Shown here piece by piece: positions 39,148-46,328 of a DNA stretch of 58,468 bases. Each line of letters starts with the position of its first letter. Position 1 is the first letter of the stretch. The stretch covers positions 1 through 58,468 of the IMG/VR virus record IMGVR_UViG_3300020228_000001, one strand, 5' to 3'. This stretch comes from a virus (lineage: Duplodnaviria; Caudoviricetes). The translations under genes and the position numbers were made by a program. Below the pieces are notes generated by a model. The model had not been told where the DNA came from. It saw only the letters and a list, made by a program, of their open reading frames with translations, and made no database searches.

Positions 39148-39609
39148 TCAGTAGCTCGCCATTCCCAAGTCTTTCAGAGCCGCATTAAGCCGCGAATTCA
39201 TCTCATTCAGACTCGCAGCGTTCCCCAAAAACTCAACCGGAAATGGGCCGATGTAGGCCTTGATCGAGATCGAATTTCTTTCGGGTACTTCCAATCTGAG
39301 CCCAGCGACAATATATTCCGGGAAAAGCTCTTCCAGCTCAGCCTGGATCTGGCCTTTCAGGCTTTTCAGGATCGAGACTGTGAGCGGCATATTCATGTAA
39401 GATCGGATGCAGCAGCCGAAGTTTGGAAAAAGTGGACGCTCTCCCTTTTTTACTGAAAGCCATACTTGTATGCGCTGCATGATGCAATCCTGTTCTTTTG
39501 TAACACGCGCCACGTCCCCTGAAGAGGTCCTTACAGGGCTCCATCTGCCATGACATCTACAGATACCGTTTTCAAACACGCCGCTCATTTTCACGTCGCC
39601 AAAAGCCAT
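39148..39609 (-). CDS. gp25/gpW-like baseplate protein
   Basis: GD ... KGERPLFPNFGC motif; upstream of baseplate J. Confidence 0.8.
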   Translation of the reverse strand: MAFGDVKMSGVFENGICRCHGRWSPVRTSSGDVARVTKEQDCIMQRIQVWLSVKKGERPLFPNFGCCIRSYMNMPLTVSILKSLKGQIQAELEELFPEYIVAGLRLEVPERNSISIKAYIGPFPVEFLGNAASLNEMNSRLNAALKDLGMASY

Positions 39610-40104
39610 CTACGGCACCTCTTTCCTGGCCCACCACCCGACTATGCCGTCCGTGACCTGGCAGATCTGAACTATATCGCTGCTGACTGCCCCCAGCGAT
39701 TCCAGAGAAGTTGTATTATAATTATTGAATGATAGCTTGTAATTTCCGTTCACATAGAATCGCAAGATATAGGGCTCGGCGGGTGGCGTTACCCAGACGT
39801 TCCCGCCTTGGTTGCAGCCCATCCCAGAGGGGGCGGGCGGGCGCGGCATAGCTGCCGGGAGCACATCCCCCGCTATGGCAACCTCAGCCAGACCGCCGAG
39901 CGCCTTGGCGTCTGCGATAAGCTGCTTGATTATATCCCAGGTGAGGCTCTTCAGGCCGCAGATATCAGAGATCTCCCACAGAAGGACATCAACCGGGCAG
40001 TTCTTGTTGCACAGCCCTACCAGCTTGGAAACAATCGCGGGATTATCGTACAGAAAGGGGGTTAAGTCGTCTCTTATGATTCGGATGTTTTCATAGATCT
40101 GAAT
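39610..40104 (-). CDS. Hypothetical tail-region protein (apparent ATT start)
   Basis: Frame is open 80 codons upstream of the GTG at 39864, up to an ATT 7 nt after GGAGG. Confidence 0.55.
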   Translation of the reverse strand: MQIYENIRIIRDDLTPFLYDNPAIVSKLVGLCNKNCPVDVLLWEISDICGLKSLTWDIIKQLIADAKALGGLAEVAIAGDVLPAAMPRPPAPSGMGCNQGGNVWVTPPAEPYILRFYVNGNYKLSFNNYNTTSLESLGAVSSDIVQICQVTDGIVGWWARKEVP

Positions 40105-40106
40105 AT

Positions 40107-41309
40107 TTATCCCTCCAGTAATTTTACGCGAGCCTTCAGGGCTTCATTTTCTGCTATAAGCTGCTGGACTGCAACGGTCAAGATCGAGACCATTCCGCCA
40201 ATATCTCGCCCAATCCTCTCTTTTCCGTTTTTAACTCGGTGCGGAAATTGTGCGAATTTGGGGAGCGTTGAGTGGTCGATTTTCTTATCGTGCGTATGTG
40301 AAATTTTTTTGATTTCCGCGAGAGCGTCCCCCGTAAATGCGGGGGTATCGTCCACATACGCGGAGGCAGTCACGGTGCCGCCAAAATGGGCATTTCCTTG
40401 CCCCGAAAATGATATGCTACGGGCTCCATTGTAAGCATCGGGTGAAAAATAGATTTTACCCCACTCGATAAATTCCAGGGCGTTGTTAGCGCGGTCAAAA
40501 AATATTCTATGGTATGCATCAGCCGATGATATTGAACCGTTGTCCGCGAAAAATATTGTACCGTTCTCGGGTATGTGCAGGTGCGCGGTAGGTCCAGTGA
40601 TCCCTCCGGCGCCGATATTTCCGGCAACCGCCAGATTGTTATCTCCAGGGTCCGCGACCCCCCCGATATTTACGCCACCATTGACGCACAATTTTGCCAA
40701 CGGCGCGGTTGAGCCGCCGATATCAATATTGCCTAGACTACCAACAGCCCTCAGGATCAAATTTCCTTTGCCGTTACCAATTGAGAGGCTCCGATACCGG
40801 GTTACGCCACCATTATATCCTCGGTAGTTCAGCCATAGGTCAAGATCGTCGCTGTCGACCCCAAAACAGCCGTTAACGGTGTTTCCGGTGACGAACACGC
40901 AGTCTGCGCCCGACTCGTTCCCAAATAGTGCTGCTATTGTGGTCTCGTCGTAAATATATCCGGTGTTTTTCTTCACCACCAGTCTAGCCACGAGTTTAGT
41001 AGGCGCCCCGATGCCTACATCGCCGTGTTGGTTTGGCCGCAGTTGTCCAAATCCATACGGGACTGCGGGTGCTGCGGCGTTGGTCGTCATCGCCGGACTT
41101 GTGATAGTCTCGTTCGTCAGGACGAAGACCCCGCATCCGTTGATCGAGAGTCGGGTGTTCCCAGAAACGAGCGCAACTGCGGCGATTATGAAGAACTTTA
41201 CCGCGCCGCCCTGAGTAATCTTGGCGAGCTGGTTAGCCCAATATTTCGCGGTAAGATCTCCGGCGACTTGTATTGTGTTGGCATCGTAGTATGTCCAGGT
41301 TTCTGCCAT
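40107..41309 (-). CDS. Tail fibre/receptor-binding protein with chaperone-like coiled-coil C-terminus
   Basis: GDVGIG and GNIG..PTAHLHI repeats; C-terminal LTVAVQQLIAENEALKARVKLLE. Confidence 0.75.
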   Translation of the reverse strand: MAETWTYYDANTIQVAGDLTAKYWANQLAKITQGGAVKFFIIAAVALVSGNTRLSINGCGVFVLTNETITSPAMTTNAAAPAVPYGFGQLRPNQHGDVGIGAPTKLVARLVVKKNTGYIYDETTIAALFGNESGADCVFVTGNTVNGCFGVDSDDLDLWLNYRGYNGGVTRYRSLSIGNGKGNLILRAVGSLGNIDIGGSTAPLAKLCVNGGVNIGGVADPGDNNLAVAGNIGAGGITGPTAHLHIPENGTIFFADNGSISSADAYHRIFFDRANNALEFIEWGKIYFSPDAYNGARSISFSGQGNAHFGGTVTASAYVDDTPAFTGDALAEIKKISHTHDKKIDHSTLPKFAQFPHRVKNGKERIGRDIGGMVSILTVAVQQLIAENEALKARVKLLEG

Positions 41310-42481
41310 CAACAATCCTCCCAGCCAGCGGCGGCGATATTGCAGCACGCCGCGCCACCATGTGTCAGGCTGCCAGTCACTTCGACATCTCCATCCAGAA
41401 CGATCGTTCCGTCTGATTTTATCTCGCAGCTACTGTCCGCAATCGCGTTCCGCAGCCAGCAATTGCCGTCAATCCCTAGAAAGATCTCTGCCTTTGCCGT
41501 ATTGCCTGTCGTGTCGGTTGATGCCCGCACCCGCGCGGAACCATCCTTATAAATCCGCACAAGCGCCATTTTCTGCAAATTAATGAGTTCTGCCGCGATC
41601 TCTCCATGTTCATCTGAGGTAGGGTCGGCATGACCATATACCTTCATACGATTTCCGATGATGTCCTCTGTGCCCTCTGTATAGGTGTCGCCATGGACAT
41701 CTATCGACCCATACGGGTCGTGGTGGATATGCCCAAGATACGTATTGTCTAGCCCATTTTCTTCCAGGATGGACCCCTGGATTCGCCATGTCCCGTCCGC
41801 GTCGAAATACCAGTACGCCAGACTCATGTGCTGGAACTTGAAGCGGTTTTGCTTATCGTGCTCGGTCGGGCTCTTGTATGAAAAGTTTTTGAAGCACGTG
41901 CCGTATATGAGGTTGTCCAGGCCGTCACAAATTCCACAGCTCGGCATGGCATTCCCGAGCGGGCAGTCATATATAACAACGCTGTCAAGCGTCTTGGGCC
42001 ACCACTTACGGCAGTCTGGATTTTTTGGCTCAGGGAAAATTATATAATTACCATCTGCGTTCTTGCTTGGCTCCTCCCATGGGCAAAGCTTCTCGACGTA
42101 TTCCTGCTGCTGGTCGTCTGCCTGGGACCTGCAGACGGGCTCCTGCTCGACTGAGGTGCAGGTGCCCAGGACCAAGGCTTCTCTCTCTGCCAGCCAATAG
42201 ACATATATCATATCTCCTATTCTGGCGTGCCATGGATGGCCTTGGAAGCGGCCATGTTCTCTCTGCAGGCTGTTGAGCTTGACATACTCGATGGTGAGGG
42301 CCTTGTCAGAGATCCGGGGCCGGTCTATGAGCTGAACGTCAACCGTGTTGAAGTCCTTATCTGCCGGATAAGGCTGGACATGGGGCCGGACGTTGATGAC
42401 CTCGCATCGGTCTACCTGGCCTTTTCTAGAATCCTCTCTCCGGGAGGAGTCTATATTCCTATCTCGGACATTGGAAACCAT
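41309..42481 (-). CDS. Baseplate spike (gpV-like)
   Basis: N-terminal OB-fold-like TVDV..IGD.I.V..VLG pattern, beta-rich C-terminus ending LDGDVEVTGS. Confidence 0.6.
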   Translation of the reverse strand: MVSNVRDRNIDSSRREDSRKGQVDRCEVINVRPHVQPYPADKDFNTVDVQLIDRPRISDKALTIEYVKLNSLQREHGRFQGHPWHARIGDMIYVYWLAEREALVLGTCTSVEQEPVCRSQADDQQQEYVEKLCPWEEPSKNADGNYIIFPEPKNPDCRKWWPKTLDSVVIYDCPLGNAMPSCGICDGLDNLIYGTCFKNFSYKSPTEHDKQNRFKFQHMSLAYWYFDADGTWRIQGSILEENGLDNTYLGHIHHDPYGSIDVHGDTYTEGTEDIIGNRMKVYGHADPTSDEHGEIAAELINLQKMALVRIYKDGSARVRASTDTTGNTAKAEIFLGIDGNCWLRNAIADSSCEIKSDGTIVLDGDVEVTGSLTHGGAACCNIAAAGWEDC

Positions 42482-42484
42482 GGC

Positions 42485-42772
42485 TCAGATCCCCGTGTAT
42501 TCCGGCCAGCCGTATTTTTTCAGGTTAGCATTGTTTTGCGCTACAGTCTCCGCAAAATCGATATGAGGGAAAGCCTCATAATAGCCGTTGGGCAGCTCCG
42601 CCCTGGCGTTGAGCTTGGTGGAAAACTTGCCGTCTTTTGTGGCCGGATTGTAGAGGAGCGTGATAGATCGATCCGCCTTCAGCCTGCGGTAATTGATGGT
42701 GCGGTCTTTCGCCTCGGCTGACAGCATCGCTTCAATGTACCTCTCTTCTGAGAGCAGTGCTGTGGTGATCAT
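42485..42772 (-). CDS. Hypothetical protein
   Basis: ATGA-coupled within the tail operon. Confidence 0.5.
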   Translation of the reverse strand: MITTALLSEERYIEAMLSAEAKDRTINYRRLKADRSITLLYNPATKDGKFSTKLNARAELPNGYYEAFPHIDFAETVAQNNANLKKYGWPEYTGI

Positions 42773-43998
42773 ACGAGGAAAACTCCCGGATACTTCTGCA
42801 CCACAGAATCATCCTGATCTATGGCATTCCTGTAGTTGGAGTAGAAATTCATGATATCCTGGTCGCCTGATGGCTTGTTAACGCCCAGGAAGTTGGTAGT
42901 CACATCAAGCGAGCTGACGAACCCGCCCTCCGCCGAGATATCGACTACCCGGCGCGTTACCAGGCCCATTACGGCGCCCATCTCGGCCTCTTCTACGCCA
43001 TCGCACTTGACGGGGGGCATCTGTCCGTTCCATGGCCGATAAGCTACCTTGCTGAGCAGGCCGGGGGCTTTGCCAACTACCTTGACCGTTGGCACGTCTT
43101 TGTATTGGCGATACCACTCCAGGAGCTTGTCTGCGACTTCCTGGCATTTCGCCTGGTCTGCGTTAGGCAGCACGACGGGCGGAGCTTTGAGCAGGCCGTA
43201 AGACTGGATCTCCCAATCATTGTCGGGCTCTGCGAAGGCATGAATCAGGTTGTGGGTCTTGCCCTCCCACAGATCCTCGGGTGCACCCCCATAGACATCG
43301 ACGTGATTGCAGTAGCCCACCATATTGGTGGCGTTGCTGCCTCTCAGGATTGAGCCGGTCAGGTTGGAGAAGCCGCGCAGGTTCGTAGCCGGGCAGAACC
43401 AGAACTCATCGTTTTCATCAAAGAAATAGATGGACTCCGCCCAGCAGGAAACGGTGTATAGGGCCGTGTCGAAGTCTATTCCCTTGTCAAGCGTCGGGTT
43501 GACATCATCTGTGGTGTTCTTGGATGGCATGATGTGCCGGACGCCAGTATAGCTGAAATCGTCTAGCAGATCGTTGACAATCGTGGTTATGGGCGTCCCT
43601 GTTGCCCAGATCCTGGGGTTGATCCTGGCCGTCATCCCACCCTCTGAGCAAGACCCCTCGATCTTTAGGAAAAGCTCGTCGCACTCACATTTTTGAATTT
43701 CGCCACTGCACACGTTGATGGTTTTGGTTGATGTCGAATCGCACCCCAATTTGCTGACGCGGACCTGTAAAGATACTCGCTTTTTTGGAGCTGTCTTGAA
43801 ATTGCCCAATTCTTCCTCGGTGATCTCCTCAATACTTTTTGGTGCAAAGCTCCCAAAGAATTGCCCGCTTGGATTGCACAAAACAATATCATACTTGCCA
43901 GGATCTTTGCTGCTATTGCCCGTCTGTTCCATGTGGCAAGTGAGGAAATATCGAGACACATCAGTGCCATCTAGTATTAATATTGGAGTAATATGCAT
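42769..43998 (-). CDS. Baseplate hub (gpD/gp27-like)
   Basis: 409 aa between tape measure and spike genes; FFDEN..FWF and N.V.VYG motifs. Confidence 0.6.
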   Translation of the reverse strand: MHITPILILDGTDVSRYFLTCHMEQTGNSSKDPGKYDIVLCNPSGQFFGSFAPKSIEEITEEELGNFKTAPKKRVSLQVRVSKLGCDSTSTKTINVCSGEIQKCECDELFLKIEGSCSEGGMTARINPRIWATGTPITTIVNDLLDDFSYTGVRHIMPSKNTTDDVNPTLDKGIDFDTALYTVSCWAESIYFFDENDEFWFCPATNLRGFSNLTGSILRGSNATNMVGYCNHVDVYGGAPEDLWEGKTHNLIHAFAEPDNDWEIQSYGLLKAPPVVLPNADQAKCQEVADKLLEWYRQYKDVPTVKVVGKAPGLLSKVAYRPWNGQMPPVKCDGVEEAEMGAVMGLVTRRVVDISAEGGFVSSLDVTTNFLGVNKPSGDQDIMNFYSNYRNAIDQDDSVVQKYPGVFLV

Positions 43999-44014
43999 AA
44001 TAGCTCCTTGCTTG

Positions 44015-44040
44015 TGAAAAAATAAGAAAAAAATTAAAAT
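44015..44040 (-). terminator. Oligo-T tract (archaeal-type terminator) after the pentamer arrays
   Basis: Minus strand reads TTTTAATTTTTTCTTATTTTTTC. Confidence 0.55.
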
Positions 44041-44050
44041 TGATTATTTG

Positions 44051-44150
44051 TCCATACCACACTTTACAGGACCAAACCAGACATCACATCGCCGCACTTC
44101 ATCGCACCTTGCCTGACAATACTTCACCCCACATTACCAAACCATATCGT
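44051..44150 (-). ncRNA. Pentamer array B: 20 NN-(GGY-like) units, putative guide RNA
   Basis: Minus strand: AC GAT AT GGT TT GGT AA TGT GG GGT GA AGT AT TGT CA GGC AA GGT GC GAT GA AGT GC GGC GA TGT GA TGT CT GGT TT GGT CC TGT AA AGT GT GGT AT GGA. Confidence 0.75.
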
Positions 44151-44152
44151 AG

Positions 44153-44178
44153 ATTCCGCTCTCTTTCGGGAGCGGGAT
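44153..44178. other. Hairpin separating the two pentamer arrays
   Basis: Minus strand ATCCCGCTCCC-GAAA-GAGAGCGGAAT (9/11 pairs, GNRA loop); on the plus strand 11/11 pairs with two G-U. Confidence 0.7.
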
Positions 44179-44179
44179 A

Positions 44180-44249
44180 ACCATACTTTACCTTGCTTCA
44201 CCAGACTTTGCCTGACCAGACCGCGCCTCACCGAACCTCACCGGACCGC
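44180..44249 (-). ncRNA. Pentamer array A: 14 NN-(GGY-like) units, putative guide RNA
   Basis: Minus strand: GC GGT CC GGT GA GGT TC GGT GA GGC GC GGT CT GGT CA GGC AA AGT CT GGT GA AGC AA GGT AA AGT AT GGT; begins immediately after the nuclease stop codon. Confidence 0.8.
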
Positions 44250-44546
44250 TCACTTGAGCAGGATTTCGGTCAGTCTTGTCGAAAGCCTTTCGGGATCGTT
44301 GATCAGTTCATGTGATAGCCGGTAGACTTTCCAACCTTCCAATTTCAGGCATTTGGTCCTAAACCAATCTCTTTTTCTGGATTTGCTTGAATCATGACAA
44401 GGACCGTCCGCTTCAAGGACAATGTTCGGACTTAGTACAAAGTCCAACACAAAGCCGCTTGTTGTCGGATATTGTTCAACGAATTCAATTCCTTTGGATT
44501 TTAGCAAATCGAAAACGATCTGCTCTAAGTCGGTTCGCTCGTACAA
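44250..44546 (-). CDS. DUF559/Vsr-like PD-(D/E)xK endonuclease
   Basis: E.....L...G..F..QY...F..DF.....LEADG..H......RD..R...L...GW.V.R pattern; TTG start after GAGGT. Confidence 0.8.
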   Translation of the reverse strand: MYERTDLEQIVFDLLKSKGIEFVEQYPTTSGFVLDFVLSPNIVLEADGPCHDSSKSRKRDWFRTKCLKLEGWKVYRLSHELINDPERLSTRLTEILLK

Positions 44547-45127
44547 GGCGAAACCTCTTCGATCCTACTAACGGTGAACTGCCCGAAGAGCGGCCTGAAA
44601 TCACCGATACCGCCGCGCTTGCCCGCATTTTCGAGGATGCTCTGAATAATCTCTGGGCCCTCGTTTGCCGGATTCAGGAAGACGGGATCAACCACCCGGA
44701 TTCTGAAGATGCAAGACCACTTGTCGAACCTTGGCCGGTTCGCTATTACTCGCGCCTTTCCGATTACTACCGGACGGCTGTCTATTGTCCATTTCTCATA
44801 GATTAGCTTTGGATCATCTGGTTCGATTTCCAAGCCGGAATATACCAACTTCTTGAAAGTGGCTTTGCCTTTGCCACCCACCTTCTTGTCTGCTGCGCCC
44901 GTTCTGATTGTGTCCAGTAGCACCAGACTCGGCAGAACGATTTCGCCCCTTTCGTTCTTGTAAAGTCCTGATTCTGCCTGAATGTCTGAAGGCGGATGAG
45001 ATACGCCCTTCTGCCTCCATTCTTCGGAGACACGCATCGATTCTACGGGATTGTGCATCAGTAGTGGCTTTTTCCCAGTTATCTCGATCTCAAACACTTT
45101 TTCGATAGGCTCTAGTTCTATCTTCAC
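44525..45127 (-). CDS. Stand-alone Cas7/RAMP-like protein (Vipr-like)
   Basis: N-terminal EIEITGKKPLLMHN strand, LY...G.IVLP, RPRF..W and C-terminal Gly-rich loop AGKRGGIGDFRPLFGQF; likely GTG start at 45127 after GGTGA. Confidence 0.7.
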   Translation of the reverse strand: MKIELEPIEKVFEIEITGKKPLLMHNPVESMRVSEEWRQKGVSHPPSDIQAESGLYKNERGEIVLPSLVLLDTIRTGAADKKVGGKGKATFKKLVYSGLEIEPDDPKLIYEKWTIDSRPVVIGKARVIANRPRFDKWSCIFRIRVVDPVFLNPANEGPEIIQSILENAGKRGGIGDFRPLFGQFTVSRIEEVSPCTSEPT

Positions 45128-45140
45128 AAACTCACCGAAA

Positions 45141-45210
45141 GCTAATACTACGCACCAGTATATAAGCATACTGATCTAATAGCATCATTGAACGGTTAGC
45201 TATTTAAACT
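45141..45210. promoter_or_regulatory. Divergent TATA promoters of the RAMP operon and its RHH gene
   Basis: Leftward TTATATA (45159-45165); rightward TTTAAA (45203-45208) ~22 nt before the ATG at 45230. Confidence 0.65.
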
Positions 45211-45229
45211 GAGGTGCTAAGTAGGACTT

Positions 45230-45385
45230 ATGGCGCGAACCACGTTAACTCTTTCCGACCCAATAATGCACACGCTGCGATCCCATGCCGCTAAGAGTAA
45301 GAACAGCTCCAAGGCGCAAAGCGAAGTTGTTGAGGACGCTTTGAAGGAATATTTCGAGAAGTACAAGATCACAATCGAGAGCTGA
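45230..45385 (+). CDS. RHH/CopG-like regulator
   Basis: Manual translation MARTTLTLSDPIMHTLRSHAAKSKNSSKAQSEVVEDALKEYF; not in the ORF track. Confidence 0.7.
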   Translation: MARTTLTLSDPIMHTLRSHAAKSKNSSKAQSEVVEDALKEYFEKYKITIES

Positions 45386-45386
45386 T

Positions 45387-45860
45387 CTAATCTCCAGAAT
45401 TCGCTTCCAGCAAACTTATTTCTACGCTGTGATACCAGTCCTTAGCGCCCTTGGTCTGCACAATCTCCTTTTTCTGGACGTATGTGCAGAGCCCTTCTGG
45501 GAAGAGTGCAGAGTAGAATTTCTTAGGCCCGGCCAGCAGCCCCTTGATAGACTTCAGGTTATCGCTTATGTCTCCATCCGTCCCCTTCAAGCTGTTATAT
45601 TTCACCAGGATGCTCCACAGGCCGTCTGGGATGGTGCATTGCGTGAGCGGCTTCTGGCCCACAGTCTTGTGGATGACTATCTCGAACTCCTGGCTGTACC
45701 GGATCTCCAGCGGATTGGGCTGCGAGATGTCTGGATCGTTCATATCCCGGACCCCCAGCTCGATGCCGTGAATCTTGACATGGAAAGCGGAATCGACAAG
45801 CGAGATAGTGGCGGCCATCTTCTCGCTGCCGAGGCTTCGTAGGATATCTGAAACCGACAT
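45387..45860 (-). CDS. Tail/baseplate protein (tube initiator-like)
   Basis: First co-oriented gene after the tape measure; H.TVG..P..Q and ISLLE C-terminus. Confidence 0.5.
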   Translation of the reverse strand: MSVSDILRSLGSEKMAATISLVDSAFHVKIHGIELGVRDMNDPDISQPNPLEIRYSQEFEIVIHKTVGQKPLTQCTIPDGLWSILVKYNSLKGTDGDISDNLKSIKGLLAGPKKFYSALFPEGLCTYVQKKEIVQTKGAKDWYHSVEISLLEANSGD

Positions 45861-45903
45861 AAGAAACTCCTGGAAAAGATTTTAAGCTAGAAATGATAGA
45901 TGG

Positions 45904-46320
45904 TTGAGCATGCTACGAAAGATCTTGATTGTGCTATGCCTGCTTACGTGCCTGGGCGGGCTCTGTCTTGCCGCAGATACGAACAACAGCACAGACTTGA
46001 ATCATGCTTCCGCATTGAAGGCGTATGATCAGGGCCTGGCCTATGACAGTCTCGGACAGATAGCGAATGCGACGGGTGCCTATCGCCACGCGGTTGGACT
46101 AGATCCTAAGTTTGCTGAAGCTTGGTATAGTCTGGGACTGACCTTATATGCTGTTTCTGGCAAGTTCAACACTTACGACGAAGCCATCGGGTGTTTTGGG
46201 AAGGCCGTGGCGCTAAATTCGAGTTTAGATGTCTGGGATATCGGAAACCGAGACGATCCTCCCATGACTGTCAATTCTAAAGAGGATTGGGAAAATTACA
46301 AATTGCTTCATGCGCTCTGA
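45904..46320 (+). CDS. Secreted TPR-repeat protein (moron)
   Basis: Signal peptide plus AVGLDPKFAEAWYSLG...YDEAIGCFGKAV TPR motifs; counter-oriented. Confidence 0.75.
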   Translation: MSMLRKILIVLCLLTCLGGLCLAADTNNSTDLNHASALKAYDQGLAYDSLGQIANATGAYRHAVGLDPKFAEAWYSLGLTLYAVSGKFNTYDEAIGCFGKAVALNSSLDVWDIGNRDDPPMTVNSKEDWENYKLLHAL

Positions 46321-46328
46321 GGAGGGGT

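Noticed and set aside
44051-44249. Canonical CRISPR array or simple microsatellite
   Set aside because: No 25-40-nt repeats with spacers; the units keep phase with two hypervariable positions and no indels, unlike slippage repeats
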